From: Escherichia coli
GTDB lineage: Bacteria; Pseudomonadota; Gammaproteobacteria; Enterobacterales; Enterobacteriaceae
Length of the DNA stretch: 64,000 nt
Assembly: GCF_048403405.1 (NCBI RefSeq)
Contig: NZ_CP183129.1
Strand: one strand, 5' to 3'
A model generated the notes under the pieces. It was not told where the DNA came from and did no database searches. It saw nothing but the letters and a program-made list of their open reading frames with translations. A program made the translations under genes and the position numbers. Numbering within the stretch: the stretch's first letter is position 1; every line of letters begins with the position of its first letter. Positions 33,781 through 47,514 of the stretch are shown here, piece by piece.

Positions 33781-34998
33781 TTACAGCTGATGATAACCAG
33801 AAAGGAAACGCGCGAACTTACTCAAAGACAGCTCGATATCATCGACACGCGGTAGCGTGACAATGCGGAAGTGATCCGGCCACGGCCAGTTGAATGCCGT
33901 CCCTTGCACCAACAGAACTTTTTCCTGCAACAGGAAATCCAGCACCATTTTCTGATCGTCGTGAATATTAAAGCGTTTGGCGTCGATTTTCGGGAACATG
34001 TACAGCGCACCGCGCGGTTTCACGCAGGAAACGCCCGGAATATCGTTGATCAATTCCCACGCGCGGTTACGCTGCTCATAAAGACGCCCGCCGGGAGTAA
34101 TAAATTCACTGATGCTCTGATAACCGCCTAGTGCAGTCTGAATGGCGTGTTGCGCAGGAACGTTAGCACACAGGCGCATTGAGGCCAGCATTTCCAGACC
34201 TTCGATGTAACCTTTGGCGTGTTTTTTCGGCCCGTTCAACACCATCCACCCCTGACGGAAGCCAGCAACGCGGTACGTTTTCGACAGTCCGTTAAAGGTA
34301 ATGGTCAGCAGATCAGGTGCCAGCGGCGCAATTGAGTGATGCTCAGCGTCGTCGTAGAGAATTTTGTCATAAATTTCATCGGCGAAGATAATGAGATTAT
34401 GCTGGCGTGCAATCTCCACTATCTCCATTAAAAGCTCTTTGGAATATACCGCGCCAGTTGGGTTATTTGGGTTGATAATAACGATCCCACGCGTACGAGG
34501 CGTAATTTTAGCGCGAATATCATCAAGGTCCGGGAACCAGTCAGAGGATTCATCGCAAAGATAATGCACCGCTTTACCGCTGGAGAGCGAAACCGCCGCG
34601 GTCCATAGTGGGTAATCAGGTGCAGGAACCAACATTTCGTCGCCGCTGTTCAGCAATGCCTGCATTGCCTGAACGATAAGCTCCGATACACCATTGCCGA
34701 TGTAAATATCTTCCACGGTAACATCACGCATGCCACGAGCCTGGTAGTGCTGCATGATGGCTTTACGCGCGGAGTAAAGCCCTTTGGAATCGCAATACCC
34801 TTGAGCGGTAGGCAGGTTGCGAATCACGTCAACGAGGATTTCATCTGGCGCGTCAAAACCGAACGGGGCAGGGTTGCCGATGTTCAGTTTCAGTACCTTG
34901 TTACCTTCTTCTTCCAGGCGTTTTGCTTCTTTCAGCACCGGACCACGGATGTCGTAACAGACATTCTCTAATTTGCTGGATTTTTCAATGGGGGACAT
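33781..34998 (-). CDS. alaA: glutamate-pyruvate aminotransferase
   Basis: 405-aa class I aminotransferase matching AlaA/YfbQ. Confidence 0.93.
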   Translation of the reverse strand: MSPIEKSSKLENVCYDIRGPVLKEAKRLEEEGNKVLKLNIGNPAPFGFDAPDEILVDVIRNLPTAQGYCDSKGLYSARKAIMQHYQARGMRDVTVEDIYIGNGVSELIVQAMQALLNSGDEMLVPAPDYPLWTAAVSLSSGKAVHYLCDESSDWFPDLDDIRAKITPRTRGIVIINPNNPTGAVYSKELLMEIVEIARQHNLIIFADEIYDKILYDDAEHHSIAPLAPDLLTITFNGLSKTYRVAGFRQGWMVLNGPKKHAKGYIEGLEMLASMRLCANVPAQHAIQTALGGYQSISEFITPGGRLYEQRNRAWELINDIPGVSCVKPRGALYMFPKIDAKRFNIHDDQKMVLDFLLQEKVLLVQGTAFNWPWPDHFRIVTLPRVDDIELSLSKFARFLSGYHQL

Positions 34999-35914
34999 GA
35001 ATCTTGACCTTTTTTGCTGTTATCGCCACTCCCTGCCGTGGAAGTCAGCTTAGAACAATGTACTCCCCCAGGACGGCGTTTTGAAGGTCTGCAGAATAAG
35101 ATTTTGCCAGAGGGGAAGACTCGATTGTGCTGTTAATAACTTAATAATGGCAAAATAATGAGGTGTATATGCTTAGTAATTAATGTTATGTAGTGAATTG
35201 TTCTGATTCTTAATTGTGAGCGTGGTTTTTTTATCTGTAAGATAATTGTTTGAAAATGCCTCGTTTAAGAATTCACTAATGAATCGTGATGATGATATTT
35301 CCGCATTACGGAGAGTTTAACAGCGTGATGATTTCCGAGGTGTCGTAATGGGTGCAAGGTGTGAAACTATTGTTAAGCGGGATTAATGTATGAGGATGAT
35401 GCTAATTAATTATTATTTAATATTCAAAAAGGTTTTGTTGTGCTTATTAATAATAGAAGATTACTTTGCCTAACATAACATAACTTTGCATCAGATAATT
35501 CGCAATGACCCTTATAAATAAAAGGTTTTTGGGGTAAAATGCTCGCATAAATGACGGATCCCTGCTCTTGATGCCGCCTCACCATTGCTGTTTGTACGTG
35601 TTCGCGTATGACCAGCGATGCTGCACGAGAGTGGAACAAGGACTCACATTTACATTTATACAAACACGCGCATGTCATAAATACAAAAGAGTGAGTAACT
35701 TAATAGATATGCGATTCCTGAAGATATATTCTGTGATCTACTTCAGGCATTATAACGGAACAATGTGAGTCGCTTTTTTAGTGCAACTCATATGCATTTT
35801 TACTTTCGTCCGGGTTCCGGATGAAACTGCCAGGGAGGCACATTACAAATGGAATTGCTTGTTTGTGTGTGCACAGCATTAACCAGCTCAGTATGAGCCG
35901 CCAGTAAGTGATAA

Positions 35915-36856
<942 letters not shown>

Positions 36857-36898
36857 TCGACGGACCATAGATAATTTCTGAGACAATAGTGTAAAAAC

Positions 36899-36938
36899 GA
36901 GCCGCTGGGGGTGTTTTAAACCCCAGCGGCTTTTTTTA
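36899..36938 (+). terminator. rho-independent terminator after lrhA
   Basis: GCCGCTGGGG-GTGTTTTAAA-CCCCAGCGGC followed by TTTTTTT. Confidence 0.85.
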
Positions 36939-37484
36939 GTAAAAAGCCTTCCTCGTATCGTGCAGAACGTACAAAACTGTTCATTTTTCAATCACCAGAG
37001 ATTCACGTCCCGAACGCACAAATAATCGCCTGAAAAAAATCACCTGCTACAATGATGTTAAAAAATACGTAAATTTGTTGCTGCGTTTTTGTTATGGAAT
37101 GACAAAAGCGTGTCACAGATCAAGAAAATACTCTCTTTTGGGGGGAGGAATCGACACAAATTCCTGTCAAAATAGACCCGTATTTTTTCCATTGCTTCAC
37201 AACGGACACGATTCAACAACATCTAATTATCCTGGAGTCGTCAAGGATCTGGGGTGAAAGGGCATTAAATGCTAATGGTGTTGATATTATGTAAACTAAT
37301 GTGAAGAAGCTTTTGTTAAAGTTGACAAAAGGTTATAGAAAGGAGTAAAAGACCACATCAATTAGCTGTATAAAAGAGTTTCTACAGTGATTGTAAGGTT
37401 TTTTTTATTCCTCCCCATGAATCGATGTGGCGTCCATCTGCCGTGAAGAGCAGTGAATCTGGCGCTACTTTTGATGAGTAAGCA

Positions 37485-37928
37485 ATGAGTATGTCAACAT
37501 CCACTGAAGTCATCGCTCATCACTGGGCATTCGCTATCTTTCTTATCGTTGCCATTGGCCTGTGTTGCCTGATGCTGGTAGGCGGTTGGTTTTTAGGCGG
37601 TCGCGCACGCGCAAGGTCGAAAAACGTTCCGTTTGAATCCGGTATCGACTCGGTCGGCTCCGCCCGCTTACGCCTGTCCGCCAAGTTTTATCTGGTGGCC
37701 ATGTTCTTCGTTATCTTCGACGTTGAAGCGCTGTATCTGTTCGCATGGTCAACCTCTATCCGCGAAAGCGGCTGGGTAGGCTTTGTGGAAGCTGCAATTT
37801 TTATTTTTGTGTTACTGGCAGGTCTGGTTTATCTGGTGCGTATTGGCGCGCTGGACTGGACGCCCGCGCGTTCACGCCGCGAGCGTATGAACCCGGAAAC
37901 GAACAGTATCGCTAATCGTCAACGCTAA
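37485..37928 (+). CDS. nuoA: NADH-quinone oxidoreductase subunit A
   Basis: 147 aa. Confidence 0.95.
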
Positions 37929-37943
37929 CCGCGAGGCATTAAG

Positions 37944-38606
37944 ATGGATTATACGCTCACCCGCATAGATCCCAACGGTGAGAACGACCGTTACCCCCTG
38001 CAAAAGCAGGAGATCGTAACCGACCCTCTGGAGCAAGAAGTTAATAAAAACGTGTTTATGGGCAAGCTCAATGACATGGTTAACTGGGGTCGTAAAAACT
38101 CAATTTGGCCGTATAACTTCGGTCTTTCCTGCTGTTACGTTGAGATGGTGACTTCGTTTACCGCGGTGCATGACGTGGCGCGTTTTGGCGCAGAAGTATT
38201 GCGAGCTTCGCCGCGTCAGGCTGACCTGATGGTCGTTGCAGGAACCTGCTTTACAAAAATGGCACCGGTTATTCAGCGTCTGTATGACCAGATGCTGGAA
38301 CCAAAATGGGTTATCTCAATGGGTGCCTGTGCCAACTCCGGCGGTATGTACGATATTTATTCCGTTGTGCAGGGCGTCGATAAATTCATCCCGGTTGATG
38401 TGTATATCCCGGGCTGCCCTCCGCGTCCTGAAGCGTACATGCAGGCACTGATGCTGTTGCAGGAATCTATCGGTAAAGAACGTCGTCCGCTCTCCTGGGT
38501 GGTTGGCGATCAGGGCGTTTATCGCGCCAATATGCAATCAGAGCGCGAACGCAAGCGCGGTGAACGCATTGCCGTAACCAACCTGCGTACACCTGACGAG
38601 ATTTAA
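37944..38606 (+). CDS. nuoB: NADH-quinone oxidoreductase subunit B
   Basis: 220 aa with CCxxE and GCPP Fe-S motifs. Confidence 0.95.
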
Positions 38607-38711
38607 TTTGCGCCTGTCGGCAAAGGAATTTTTCTTCGCTTATTCCTAAATCTATTTCGCGAAGCTTACTGCGCCGACAGTCACCACGGACCATTTGCAA
38701 TGGTGAACAAT

Positions 38712-40502
38712 ATGACCGACTTAACCGCGCAAGAACCCGCCTGGCAGACCCGCGATCATCTTGATGATCCGGTGATTGGCGAACTGCGCAACCGTTTTGG
38801 GCCGGATGCCTTTACTGTTCAGGCGACTCGCACCGGGGTTCCCGTTGTGTGGATCAAGCGTGAACAATTACTGGAAGTTGGCGATTTCTTAAAGAAACTG
38901 CCGAAACCTTACGTCATGCTGTTTGACTTACACGGCATGGACGAACGTCTGCGCACACACCGCGAAGGGTTACCTGCCGCGGATTTTTCCGTTTTCTACC
39001 ATCTGATTTCTATCGATCGTAACCGCGACATCATGTTGAAGGTAGCGCTGGCAGAAAACGACCTGCACGTACCGACCTTTACCAAACTGTTCCCGAACGC
39101 TAACTGGTATGAGCGTGAGACCTGGGATCTGTTTGGTATTACTTTCGACGGTCACCCGAACCTGCGCCGCATCATGATGCCGCAAACCTGGAAAGGTCAC
39201 CCGCTGCGTAAAGATTACCCGGCGCGCGCTACCGAATTCTCGCCGTTTGAGCTGACCAAAGCCAAACAGGATCTGGAGATGGAAGCCCTGACCTTCAAAC
39301 CGGAAGAGTGGGGGATGAAGCGCGGCACCGAAAACGAGGACTTCATGTTCCTCAACCTCGGTCCGAACCACCCGTCGGCGCACGGTGCTTTCCGTATCGT
39401 TTTGCAGCTCGATGGCGAAGAGATTGTCGACTGCGTACCAGACATCGGCTACCACCACCGTGGCGCGGAGAAAATGGGCGAGCGCCAGTCCTGGCATAGC
39501 TACATTCCGTACACCGACCGTATCGAATACCTCGGCGGCTGCGTTAACGAAATGCCTTACGTGCTGGCGGTAGAGAAACTGGCCGGGATCACCGTGCCGG
39601 ATCGCGTTAACGTCATTCGCGTAATGCTTTCTGAGCTGTTCCGCATCAACAGCCACCTGCTGTACATCTCGACCTTTATTCAGGACGTCGGCGCAATGAC
39701 GCCAGTGTTCTTCGCCTTTACCGATCGTCAGAAAATTTACGATCTGGTGGAAGCAATCACTGGTTTCCGTATGCACCCGGCGTGGTTCCGTATTGGCGGC
39801 GTAGCGCACGACCTGCCGCGTGGCTGGGATCGCCTGCTGCGTGAGTTCCTCGACTGGATGCCGAAACGTCTGGCGTCTTACGAGAAAGCGGCGCTGCAAA
39901 ACACTATTCTGAAAGGTCGTTCCCAGGGCGTTGCCGCCTATGGCGCGAAAGAGGCGCTGGAGTGGGGCACCACTGGCGCGGGCCTGCGCGCCACCGGGAT
40001 CGACTTCGACGTGCGTAAGGCGCGTCCGTATTCTGGCTATGAAAACTTCGACTTTGAAATCCCGGTTGGTGGTGGTGTTTCTGATTGCTACACCCGCGTA
40101 ATGCTGAAAGTGGAAGAGCTGCGCCAGAGTCTGCGCATTCTTGAGCAGTGCCTCAACAACATGCCGGAAGGCCCGTTCAAAGCGGATCACCCGCTGACCA
40201 CGCCGCCGCCGAAAGAGCGCACGTTGCAACATATCGAAACCCTGATCACCCACTTCCTGCAAGTGTCGTGGGGTCCGGTGATGCCAGCCAATGAATCTTT
40301 CCAGATGATTGAGGCGACCAAGGGGATCAACAGTTACTACCTGACCAGCGACGGTAGCACCATGAGTTATCGCACCCGTATCCGTACGCCGAGTTATGCG
40401 CATTTGCAGCAAATTCCGGCGGCGATCCGCGGCAGCCTGGTGTCTGACCTGATTGTTTATCTGGGCAGTATCGATTTTGTTATGTCAGATGTGGACCGCT
40501 AA
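38712..40502 (+). CDS. nuoC: NADH-quinone oxidoreductase fused subunit C/D
   Basis: 596 aa from [11 protein letters not shown]..; fused NuoCD typical of E. coli. Confidence 0.95.
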
Positions 40503-40504
40503 TT

Positions 40505-41005
40505 ATGCACGAGAATCAACAACCACAAACCGAGGCTTTTGAGCTGAGTGCGGCAGAGCGTGAAGCGATTGAGCACGAGATGCACCACTACGAAGACCCG
40601 CGTGCGGCGTCCATTGAAGCGCTGAAAATCGTTCAGAAGCAGCGTGGCTGGGTGCCGGATGGCGCGATCCACGCGATCGCCGATGTGCTGGGTATTCCGG
40701 CGAGCGACGTCGAAGGTGTGGCAACGTTTTATAGCCAGATCTTCCGCCAGCCGGTTGGTCGCCATGTGATCCGTTATTGCGACAGCGTGGTCTGTCATAT
40801 CAACGGTTATCAGGGTATTCAGGCGGCGCTCGAGAAAAAGCTGAACATCAAACCAGGGCAAACGACATTTGACGGTCGCTTTACGCTGCTGCCAACTTGC
40901 TGCCTGGGGAACTGTGATAAAGGGCCAAACATGATGATCGATGAGGATACTCACGCACATCTGACCCCGGAAGCGATCCCTGAACTGCTGGAGCGGTATA
41001 AATGA
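40505..41005 (+). CDS. nuoE: NADH-quinone oxidoreductase subunit E
   Basis: 166 aa. Confidence 0.95.
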
Positions 41006-42339
41006 AAAACATTATCCGTACTCCCGAAACGCATCCGCTGACCTGGCGTCTGCGCGATGACAAACAGCCAGTGTGGCTGGACGAATATCGCAGCAAAAAC
41101 GGTTACGAAGGCGCGCGTAAGGCGCTGACCGGGCTGTCTCCGGACGAAATCGTTAATCAGGTAAAAGACGCTGGTCTGAAAGGGCGCGGCGGCGCGGGCT
41201 TTTCGACTGGTCTGAAGTGGAGCCTGATGCCGAAAGACGAATCCATGAACATCCGTTACCTGCTGTGTAACGCCGATGAAATGGAACCGGGCACCTATAA
41301 AGACCGCCTGTTGATGGAGCAACTGCCGCACCTGCTGGTGGAAGGTATGCTTATCTCCGCGTTTGCGCTGAAAGCTTACCGTGGCTACATCTTCCTGCGT
41401 GGCGAATATATTGAAGCGGCAGTGAATCTGCGCCGCGCCATTGCCGAAGCGACTGAAGCGGGCTTGCTTGGCAAAAACATTATGGGAACAGGTTTCGACT
41501 TCGAACTGTTCGTCCATACCGGTGCAGGGCGCTACATCTGCGGGGAAGAAACAGCGTTAATCAACTCCCTGGAAGGGCGTCGTGCTAACCCACGCTCGAA
41601 ACCCCCCTTCCCGGCAACCTCCGGCGTATGGGGCAAACCGACCTGTGTCAATAACGTCGAAACCCTGTGTAACGTTCCGGCGATCCTTGCTAACGGCGTG
41701 GAGTGGTATCAGAACATCTCGAAAAGTAAAGATGCTGGCACCAAGCTGATGGGCTTCTCCGGTCGGGTGAAAAATCCGGGCCTGTGGGAACTGCCGTTCG
41801 GCACCACCGCTCGCGAGATCCTCGAAGATTACGCCGGTGGTATGCGTGACGGTCTGAAATTCAAAGCCTGGCAGCCAGGCGGTGCGGGTACTGACTTCCT
41901 GACTGAAGCGCACCTTGACCTGCCGATGGAATTCGAAAGTATCGGTAAAGCGGGAAGCCGTCTGGGTACGGCGCTGGCGATGGCGGTTGACCATGAGATC
42001 AACATGGTGTCGCTGGTGCGTAACCTGGAAGAGTTTTTCGCCCGTGAGTCCTGTGGCTGGTGTACGCCGTGCCGCGACGGTCTGCCGTGGAGCGTGAAAA
42101 TTCTGCGCGCGCTGGAGCGTGGCGAAGGTCAGCCGGGCGATATCGAAACACTTGAGCAACTGTGTCGATTCTTAGGCCCGGGTAAAACTTTCTGTGCCCA
42201 CGCACCTGGTGCAGTGGAGCCGTTACAGAGCGCCATCAAATATTTCCGCGAAGAATTTGAGGCGGGAATCAAACAGCCGTTCAGCAATACCCATTTGATT
42301 AATGGGATTCAGCCGAACCTGCTGAAAGAGCGCTGGTAA
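41002..42339 (+). CDS. nuoF: NADH-quinone oxidoreductase subunit F
   Basis: 445 aa. Confidence 0.95.
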   Translation: MKNIIRTPETHPLTWRLRDDKQPVWLDEYRSKNGYEGARKALTGLSPDEIVNQVKDAGLKGRGGAGFSTGLKWSLMPKDESMNIRYLLCNADEMEPGTYKDRLLMEQLPHLLVEGMLISAFALKAYRGYIFLRGEYIEAAVNLRRAIAEATEAGLLGKNIMGTGFDFELFVHTGAGRYICGEETALINSLEGRRANPRSKPPFPATSGVWGKPTCVNNVETLCNVPAILANGVEWYQNISKSKDAGTKLMGFSGRVKNPGLWELPFGTTAREILEDYAGGMRDGLKFKAWQPGGAGTDFLTEAHLDLPMEFESIGKAGSRLGTALAMAVDHEINMVSLVRNLEEFFARESCGWCTPCRDGLPWSVKILRALERGEGQPGDIETLEQLCRFLGPGKTFCAHAPGAVEPLQSAIKYFREEFEAGIKQPFSNTHLINGIQPNLLKERW

Positions 42340-42391
42340 CCGAATTTCGATTAACGCTCAGTCTCTGACTGAGAAAACTGGAAGCATGCTA

Positions 42392-45118
42392 ATGGCTACA
42401 ATTCATGTAGACGGCAAAGAATACGAGGTCAACGGAGCGGACAACTTGCTGGAAGCTTGTCTGTCTCTGGGCCTTGATATTCCTTACTTTTGCTGGCATC
42501 CGGCGCTGGGAAGCGTCGGTGCTTGCCGCCAGTGTGCGGTGAAGCAATACCAAAACGCGGAAGACACGCGTGGTCGCCTGGTGATGTCCTGTATGACACC
42601 GGCTTCCGATGGCACCTTTATTTCCATTGACGATGAAGAAGCGAAACAGTTCCGTGAAAGTGTGGTCGAGTGGTTAATGACCAACCACCCGCACGATTGT
42701 CCGGTATGTGAAGAAGGCGGTAACTGCCATCTTCAGGATATGACCGTGATGACCGGACACAGCTTCCGTCGCTACCGTTTCACCAAACGTACCCACCGTA
42801 ATCAGGATTTGGGGCCATTCATCTCTCACGAAATGAACCGCTGCATCGCCTGCTACCGCTGCGTGCGTTACTACAAAGATTACGCTGACGGCACGGACCT
42901 GGGCGTTTACGGTGCACACGACAACGTCTACTTCGGTCGCCCGGAAGACGGCACGCTGGAAAGCGAATTTTCCGGTAACCTGGTCGAAATTTGCCCGACC
43001 GGCGTATTTACCGACAAAACGCACTCCGAGCGTTACAACCGTAAATGGGATATGCAGTTTGCGCCGAGCATCTGCCAGCAATGTTCCATCGGCTGTAACA
43101 TCAGCCCCGGCGAGCGTTATGGCGAACTGCGTCGAATCGAAAACCGTTACAACGGTACAGTAAACCACTACTTCCTCTGCGACCGTGGTCGTTTCGGTTA
43201 CGGTTACGTCAACCTGAAAGATCGTCCGCGTCAGCCAGTACAGCGTCGTGGCGATGATTTCATTACCCTCAATGCCGAACAGGCAATGCAGGGCGCAGCA
43301 GATATTCTGCGTCAGTCGAAGAAAGTGATCGGCATCGGTTCTCCGCGTGCCAGCGTGGAAAGCAACTTTGCGCTGCGTGAGCTGGTGGGCGAAGAAAACT
43401 TCTACACCGGTATCGCTCACGGTGAGCAGGAACGTCTGCAACTGGCGCTGAAAGTGCTGCGTGAAGGCGGCATTTATACGCCGGCACTGCGCGAAATCGA
43501 ATCTTACGATGCGGTACTGGTGCTGGGCGAAGACGTTACCCAGACCGGTGCGCGCGTCGCGCTGGCAGTGCGTCAGGCGGTGAAAGGTAAAGCGCGCGAA
43601 ATGGCGGCAGCACAGAAAGTGGCTGACTGGCAGATTGCGGCAATCCTCAACATCGGTCAACGTGCGAAGCATCCGCTGTTTGTTACCAACGTTGATGATA
43701 CCCGTCTGGATGATATCGCGGCGTGGACTTACCGCGCACCGGTTGAAGATCAGGCGCGTTTAGGTTTTGCCATCGCCCATGCGCTGGATAACTCCGCGCC
43801 AGCGGTTGACGGAATCGAATCTGAGCTGCAAAGCAAAATCGACGTCATCGTGCAGGCTCTGGCGGGTGCGAAGAAACCGTTGATTATCTCCGGGACGAAC
43901 GCTGGTAGCGCTGAAGTGATTCAGGCTGCGGCTAACGTGGCGAAAGCCCTGAAAGGTCGCGGCGCTGACGTCGGTATCACCATGATTGCTCGCTCTGTAA
44001 ACAGTATGGGGCTGGGCATTATGGGCGGTGGATCACTTGAAGAAGCGTTAACCGAACTGGAAACCGGACGCGCCGACGCGGTGGTGGTGCTGGAAAACGA
44101 TCTGCATCGTCACGCTTCCGCTACCCGCGTGAATGCTGCGCTGGCGAAAGCGCCGCTGGTGATGGTGGTTGACCATCAACGCACGGCGATTATGGAAAAC
44201 GCCCATCTGGTGCTTTCTGCTGCCAGCTTTGCTGAAAGCGACGGTACGGTGATCAACAACGAAGGCCGCGCCCAACGTTTCTTCCAGGTTTACGATCCGG
44301 CCTATTACGACAGCAAAACTGTCATGCTGGAAAGCTGGCGCTGGTTACACTCGCTGCACAGCACCCTGCTGAGCCGTGAAGTGGACTGGACGCAGCTCGA
44401 CCATGTGATTGACGCTGTTGTGGCGAAAATCCCGGAGCTGGCAGGTATCAAAGATGCTGCGCCGGATGCGACATTCCGTATCCGTGGACAGAAACTGGCC
44501 CGTGAACCGCACCGTTACAGCGGTCGTACCGCCATGCGCGCCAATATCAGCGTTCATGAGCCGCGTCAGCCGCAGGATATTGACACCATGTTCACCTTCT
44601 CGATGGAAGGTAACAACCAGCCGACCGCGCACCGTTCGCAAGTGCCGTTTGCCTGGGCGCCAGGCTGGAACTCCCCGCAGGCGTGGAACAAATTCCAGGA
44701 CGAAGTTGGCGGCAAACTGCGCTTTGGCGATCCGGGCGTGCGTCTGTTTGAAACCAGCGAAAACGGTCTGGATTACTTCACCAGCGTACCGGCACGCTTC
44801 CAGCCACAGGACGGGAAATGGCGTATCGCGCCGTACTACCACCTGTTTGGCAGCGATGAATTGTCACAGCGAGCTCCGGTCTTCCAGAGCCGTATGCCAC
44901 AGCCATACATCAAACTTAACCCGGCGGATGCCGCGAAGTTGGGTGTGAACGCGGGCACTCGCGTCTCCTTTAGTTACGATGGCAACACGGTCACGCTGCC
45001 GGTTGAAATCGCCGAAGGGCTGACGGCAGGGCAGGTGGGCTTGCCGATGGGTATGTCCGGCATTGCTCCGGTGCTGGCTGGCGCGCATCTTGAGGATCTC
45101 AAGGAGGCACAACAATGA
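42392..45118 (+). CDS. nuoG: NADH-quinone oxidoreductase subunit G
   Basis: 908 aa from [13 protein letters not shown].. Confidence 0.95.
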
Positions 45119-46092
45119 GTTGGATATCACCGGAACTGATTGAGATCCTGCTGACCATCCTCAAAGCGGTGGTGATCCTGCTGGTGGTTGTCACCTGTGG
45201 GGCATTCATGAGCTTTGGCGAACGTCGCCTGCTGGGTCTGTTCCAGAACCGTTACGGACCTAACCGTGTTGGCTGGGGCGGTTCGCTCCAGCTGGTCGCG
45301 GACATGATCAAGATGTTCTTCAAAGAAGACTGGATCCCGAAATTCTCGGATCGCGTCATCTTTACCCTGGCACCGATGATTGCCTTTACCTCGCTGCTGC
45401 TGGCCTTTGCGATTGTGCCAGTCAGCCCAGGTTGGGTGGTTGCCGACCTGAACATCGGGATTTTGTTCTTCCTGATGATGGCCGGTCTGGCGGTCTACGC
45501 GGTGCTGTTTGCGGGCTGGTCAAGTAACAACAAATACTCGCTGCTGGGGGCGATGCGTGCTTCTGCGCAGACTCTGAGCTACGAAGTGTTCCTCGGGCTT
45601 TCCCTGATGGGCGTGGTGGCGCAGGCCGGTTCATTCAACATGACCGACATCGTTAACAGCCAGGCGCATGTGTGGAACGTCATCCCGCAATTCTTTGGTT
45701 TTATTACCTTTGCCATCGCGGGCGTGGCGGTGTGTCACCGTCACCCATTTGACCAGCCGGAAGCCGAGCAGGAACTGGCGGATGGTTACCACATTGAATA
45801 TTCCGGCATGAAGTTCGGTCTGTTCTTCGTGGGCGAATACATCGGGATTGTGACCATCTCTGCACTGATGGTGACGCTGTTCTTCGGTGGCTGGCAAGGC
45901 CCGTTGTTACCGCCATTCATCTGGTTCGCGCTGAAAACCGCGTTCTTTATGATGATGTTCATTTTGATTCGTGCGTCGTTACCGCGTCCGCGTTATGACC
46001 AGGTAATGTCCTTCGGCTGGAAAATCTGCCTGCCGCTGACGCTGATCAACTTGCTGGTAACGGCGGCTGTCATTCTCTGGCAGGCGCAATAA
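45115..46092 (+). CDS. nuoH: NADH-quinone oxidoreductase subunit H
   Basis: 325-aa membrane subunit. Confidence 0.95.
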
Positions 46093-46106
46093 GGGGCAAT
46101 AAGACC

Positions 46107-46649
46107 ATGACCTTAAAAGAATTGTTAGTAGGTTTCGGCACCCAGGTTCGTAGTATCTGGATGATCGGCCTGCACGCGTTCGCCAAACGCGAAACGCGAA
46201 TGTACCCGGAAGAGCCGGTCTATCTGCCGCCCCGTTATCGTGGTCGTATCGTTCTGACCCGCGATCCGGACGGCGAAGAGCGTTGCGTAGCCTGTAACCT
46301 CTGCGCGGTAGCCTGCCCGGTCGGCTGTATCTCGCTGCAAAAAGCAGAAACCAAAGACGGTCGCTGGTATCCGGAATTTTTCCGCATCAACTTCTCACGC
46401 TGCATTTTCTGTGGTCTGTGCGAAGAAGCCTGTCCGACCACTGCGATTCAGTTAACCCCGGATTTCGAAATGGGGGAATACAAGCGCCAGGATCTGGTTT
46501 ACGAGAAAGAGGATCTGCTGATCTCCGGTCCGGGCAAATACCCGGAATATAACTTCTACCGGATGGCAGGTATGGCAATCGACGGCAAAGATAAGGGCGA
46601 AGCAGAGAACGAAGCCAAGCCTATCGACGTCAAGAGCCTGTTACCGTAA
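46107..46649 (+). CDS. nuoI: NADH-quinone oxidoreductase subunit I
   Basis: 180 aa with two 4Fe-4S ferredoxin motifs. Confidence 0.95.
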
Positions 46650-46660
46650 GGAGAGGGGCA

Positions 46661-47215
46661 ATGGAGTTCGCTTTTTATATCTGTGGCCTGATAGCCATAC
46701 TTGCGACCTTGCGAGTGATCACTCATACCAATCCGGTACACGCACTGCTGTACCTGATTATTTCGCTGCTGGCGATTTCTGGGGTGTTCTTCTCGCTAGG
46801 CGCTTACTTTGCCGGTGCGCTGGAAATTATCGTCTACGCGGGTGCCATTATGGTGCTGTTCGTGTTCGTGGTGATGATGCTCAACCTGGGCGGTTCAGAA
46901 ATCGAACAGGAACGCCAGTGGCTGAAACCGCAGGTGTGGATTGGTCCGGCAATTTTGTCAGCCATCATGCTGGTGGTGATTGTTTACGCCATTCTCGGTG
47001 TTAACGATCAAGGTATCGACGGTACGCCAATCAGTGCTAAAGCAGTGGGTATTACGCTGTTCGGACCTTACGTACTGGCGGTGGAACTGGCTTCTATGCT
47101 GCTGCTCGCGGGTCTGGTTGTGGCCTTCCACGTCGGTCGTGAAGAGCGTGCGGGTGAAGTGCTGAGCAATCGTAAAGACGACAGCGCGAAAAGAAAAACG
47201 GAGGAGCACGCATGA
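46661..47215 (+). CDS. nuoJ: NADH-quinone oxidoreductase subunit J
   Basis: 184 aa. Confidence 0.95.
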
Positions 47216-47514
47216 TCCCCTTACAACATGGACTGATCCTCGCGGCAATCTTATTCGTTCTTGGCTTAACCGGTCTGGTTATCCGTCGCAATCTGCTGTT
47301 TATGCTGATTGGTCTGGAAATCATGATTAACGCCTCCGCGCTGGCCTTTGTGGTCGCCGGAAGCTACTGGGGTCAGACCGACGGTCAGGTGATGTACATT
47401 CTCGCCATCAGCCTCGCGGCGGCAGAAGCGAGTATCGGCCTTGCGCTGCTGCTGCAACTTCACCGTCGTCGCCAGAACCTGAACATCGATTCAGTAAGTG
47501 AGATGCGCGGATGA
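47212..47514 (+). CDS. nuoK: NADH-quinone oxidoreductase subunit K
   Basis: 100 aa. Confidence 0.95.

Noticed and set aside
35424-35768. Overlapping small ORFs in the alaA-lrhA AT-rich region
   Set aside because: Low-complexity translations with no Shine-Dalgarno and no coupling; consistent with chance ORFs in AT-rich noncoding DNA.
38970-40412. 480-aa ORF on the minus strand
   Set aside because: Antisense to nuoC; shadow ORF with no Shine-Dalgarno and biased composition.
42674-43672. 332-aa ORF on the minus strand
   Set aside because: Antisense to nuoG; shadow ORF.
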